Source: Bugula neritina
Taxonomy: Eukaryota > Animalia > Bryozoa
Assembly (NCBI GenBank): GCA_964035545.1
Contig: OZ037769.1
Span: forward strand, 12,616,633-12,680,632
Length of the DNA: 64,000 nt
Reading direction: 5' to 3'
The stretch's first letter is position 1; every line of letters starts with the position of its first letter. The notes under the pieces were generated by a model, which was given only the letters and a program-made list of their open reading frames with translations, had not been told where the DNA came from and ran no database searches. The position numbers were made by a program, and so were the translations under genes. Shown here one piece after another: positions 60,701 to 64,000 of the stretch.

Positions 60701-63700
60701 TGTTGGAGCAGTATTTATTAATTTCGAAAAATTATGTAGTTGTAAATTTTCTGTAGATAATAGTAAATAGCTGCTGTTGGAATTTCCGATTGTTGGAATT
60801 CACACAAACTTGTGAAGCCATAACTTAAATACGCGAATAAGTTCACTGAAACCTCAGAGTGACGGTGGCCGAGTGGGTAGCTGCGCGGTTTGATAATATC
60901 CGGCAAGCGAGGGACAGGCGGTTCGAGCCCAAGAGCGCGTCTGAATTTCCTGCGCCCCAAATAGCTGCACACCAGGTGCCGGAAGCCACCGGATCTCGGA
61001 TCTTTTGTTTTTCGAAAATTGCGTAACACAGCCTTTAAATTGTGAGCTAATTTTGAAAATATGAATACAGATGTTTTTTAAAACAAATGGTAATTTTTTT
61101 AATAAATAATTCAGCAGATTGCGTTGTGTACATTCTGCAGGTTGTATTCTTATGGTCGAAACCCTTCACCCCTAGTCATTGATGTGAAACCAAATAACCC
61201 GACGGATCTCCTATACCCAGCCATGTCTGGTCTCCCTCTATCAGAGTATAAGACGTGAGTTCGGTGTTTCTTCAATACAATAGCAGTGATATGGTCATTG
61301 CCTGTTCTGGTTCCAAACTGCGTCAAATTTAATTGCCATGAAAAATTATATAGTTTAAAGCCATACAATCATCTTCTCTAGCTATTTCTACATTAAACTA
61401 TTCATGATGATATTATGTATGAGGTGAAAGTAGACTCATATTGAAAAGTTGTACTAAAACAGTAGTTCTTTTTATTGGTCAGTAATGTCTAAACTCGGGT
61501 AATATTCGGTGTGAATCAAACTGGTTATAAATATCAATATCTGTCTGTATCAGGTTCCATAAAGTCAACTTTAAGCATTGCCTTGCCAACCCTTATAGCA
61601 TATAAAGTCGTCATATAAAGTTGTTTTTCAACATAATAAGTAGTAAATATATATATTCCCTGAGGTTTCACTATTTTGCAGCCATATTGGAACGCAAGTC
61701 CGGTGCGAAGGGATTGAGTTCTCGGTTAGAGTACTGTTTACCAGAAGCGTGTGTCTCAGAATGGTACGTACTGAGTGGTGGTGTTCTGTAAAGAGTTGGC
61801 AGAGCTGTGATTACATTTGCTATAGTTGATATTGAATGTTCATGATTGAACTGCTGCTGCTGCTGCTGCAGTGGTGGCAATGGCAACAGCAGCAGCGGTT
61901 TTAGCAGTATTAGAAAATGACTATCAAAGAACATTGTATATTTTGCATATCTGATTTTGCTAGTTGACATTTTAGCTAACCCAAGATACTGAGTGAAATT
62001 AAATAAATCCTTTAAAAATGGCTAAAACCTATCCACCTTTTTATGCATGCATACTTCATTTTTTGCTATTTTATAGTTGCTCTTCTTTATTGAAATATAT
62101 GTTTATGCTGTTATGTATAATGTAGTATAATTATATATTGTATCATAAAAGTATATGTTGTATATTGTTAGTATATTATACTTTATATTTGTTCAAGCTC
62201 ATTTTATTATAAAGTTATTATACAGTTAACACCATGCATGTCATTCTGTTTCTTAATTGATCAGGCAGAGCTTAGTAGAAGTTCCAAAGAGGAGGTATCT
62301 GGGTATCTAGCAGGGACATACAACTCCCTCAGTAATTGTGAGTTGACAGTCAAAGTATTCATTCTATATAATCAACTGTAGCATTATGGAGTTATATTCT
62401 CCTTAAGTGATCAGTTTTATTAATAAATGTTCGGAATCACTGCTGGATAAAATTCATTTCCTTCTATCTCAGTCATTATCTAGTGATCAGAGGCGATGCT
62501 AAAGAATTATACCTGACACTAAGACTATCAGCTAGACTATTGGTGATGTCAGACATAGCATTTAGTCATAAGTTGCGTTTATACCCTCACGATTTTCAGT
62601 CAGAAATTCAATTTGGCCGTGTTGAATTTTTTTCCGAGTTGCATTGCATTGTAAAAGCCACGGCCGAGTTCAGGATAATACTCAAAAGGAGTAATAACTC
62701 CTTGTAAACATCGTTATTTAATTATGACTTTGGCGATTAGATGACGTACTTAAATGTTGATAATTATATCACCTACGCCTTCTCAATTATCGCTTTTATG
62801 CTGTCAACTTTACTAATTCATGATGTTTTCAAAGGGCATCAACAAGTGATTAGGCGAATCAGATTTTACTTTTAGAAAGTAAGGTTTCTCATCAATATGA
62901 TTTCAATGATTTTCAGTTTGACTATAAAGGACAAGCATTGTGAACTGAAACTCGGTACTTTATTCAGTAGAGGTATAAACGCAACTATAGTTACTCTTAT
63001 GCAATAAAAACTATTTCAGGTCATGTCACTAGCATGGCTTGAGGTGAATTTCATTGTCAATTTTACATACTTTTATCATTGACAGTTCTTAGAAAGTAGT
63101 ATATTTAAAAAATTGTGTGTAATTATACCTATTCTTTTAGTGGTGCCAAAACATCGTTCAATATTATACCGTCATATGTTGCTTGCAATTTAATTATTGG
63201 TTACTGATATTATTGTGTAACTGAACTGATTTTTGTTTTTGTTTTTCTGAATTTAGTACTGAATGTGATTCAAGTCTTTGATAAGTCAGAACCTCATACA
63301 AGACAGAGAGTGTTGCAGAGTGGTCTGAAACTGGTCGGGTGGTTCCACAGCCACCCTAACAAAACATACTATCCCTCAGTCTATGATGTGGAGTGTCACA
63401 TGAACTATCAACTGAGACTGAGAGAACAGCCGATAGTTTCGTGTATCATAGGTGATTGCTAGTAGCTAGTAGTAATTGTACTGACTCTTAGTAGTTAGTA
63501 GCTAGTAGCTAGTAGTTACTATACTGACTCCTAGTAGCTAGTAGCTAGTAGTCACCAGTCTAATGAATAATTTTAGTAACCAATACCAATAAAGCGAGAG
63601 AGATTAGTTTCTTTTCATATAGATTTTTTCTTTTGATAGCAGACAAATCTAAATTTAGTAAGAGAGAACTAAGAATTTAACGCCAGTATTCCTATGACTA

Positions 63701-63944
63701 AGTATAAGGTTTTTACATTCAGTTCAACATAGTTAGACACATTTAAGGGTATTGTAGTGATGCATACATCATGAGGTCCGCAAAGTTGTTTAGTTTATCT
63801 CATTCTACTTTTCCTTTCAGTATATGCATTTGGTTACAAGCAAGTTTTTTATTTATTTTAATTTTGTGTTTTGCAGGAAAAAAGCACGAAGATGATGACA
63901 GTTCTCTATCTATGTTATGTTACACAGTTTCCCCTCCTAAACTG
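57742..63944 (+). CDS. MPND: MPN domain-containing protein (RAMA + JAMM), 3'-incomplete; exons 57742-57870, 58729-58863, 59295-59441, 59588-59680, 60154-60215, 61141-61254, 61682-61763, 62265-62337, 63257-63451, 63877-63944
   Basis: RAMA: ITLDLLIRDG..QPG...LS..YLG...DLLPNG...FSTPSSWA..CKK.INP.KSSGCGW.AIRYKG; JAMM: EVSGYLAG...LVGWFHSHP-x5-PSVYD; phases fit. Confidence 0.9.
58868..59003. repeat. 25-bp minisatellite (TTCACATTTTACTGAGTCTCTCAGA) x3 plus two 21-bp variants
   Basis: Direct inspection. Confidence 0.9.
60720..61038. mobile_element. Repeat with an internal tRNA-Ser-like Pol III cassette (second copy at 50078-50396)
   Basis: TGGCCGAGTGG A box, GGTTCGAGCCC B box; right end CACAGCCT|TTAA. 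Confidence 0.5.
62571..62986. mobile_element. MITE with AGTTGCGTTTATACC TIR
   Basis: 15-bp perfect inverted ends; ATA on both flanks. Confidence 0.75.
63459..63552. repeat. (TAGTAGC)n simple repeat
   Basis: Direct inspection. Confidence 0.8.
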
Positions 63945-64000
63945 GTTAGTACCCTCCTCTATACACTATACATTATATTATATTATATATATATATTATA

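Noticed and set aside
61671-61970. PolyQ-containing 99-aa minus-strand ORF
   Set aside because: Antisense to an MPND exon plus an intronic (CTG)n tract; no splice or domain support

Overview
AT-rich, intron-rich animal genomic DNA. The temptin domains suggest a lophotrochozoan invertebrate (inference). I assembled gene models by hand from GT-AG junctions and checked exon phases. From left to right: the last exon of an upstream gene; a very compact 3-exon TGF-beta-superfamily ligand (about 164 aa); a 5'-incomplete orphan gene on the minus strand; a PDCD2 terminal-exon pseudogene; a 2-exon disordered protein rich in basic phospho-motifs; two tandem 10-exon paralogues encoding signal peptide + temptin + copper type II (DBH/MOXD1-like) monooxygenase + GPI-like tail (472 aa each); TMEM68; a TRAF/RNF151-like RING E3 ligase; and MPND (RAMA + JAMM), which runs off the right edge. 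Introns are packed with tRNA-derived SINEs, RTE-LINE fragments, a solo LTR, several MITE families and minisatellites. The most notable observations are: (1) the TGF-beta ligand has almost no prodomain and a shortened wrist region; (2) the temptin-monooxygenase pair shows mosaic divergence; (3) a 2-kb intron-containing piece of MPND has been copied into the RING gene intron, starts at a splice donor and is flanked by a perfect 28-bp direct repeat. No database searches were run; all family assignments come from motif recognition.
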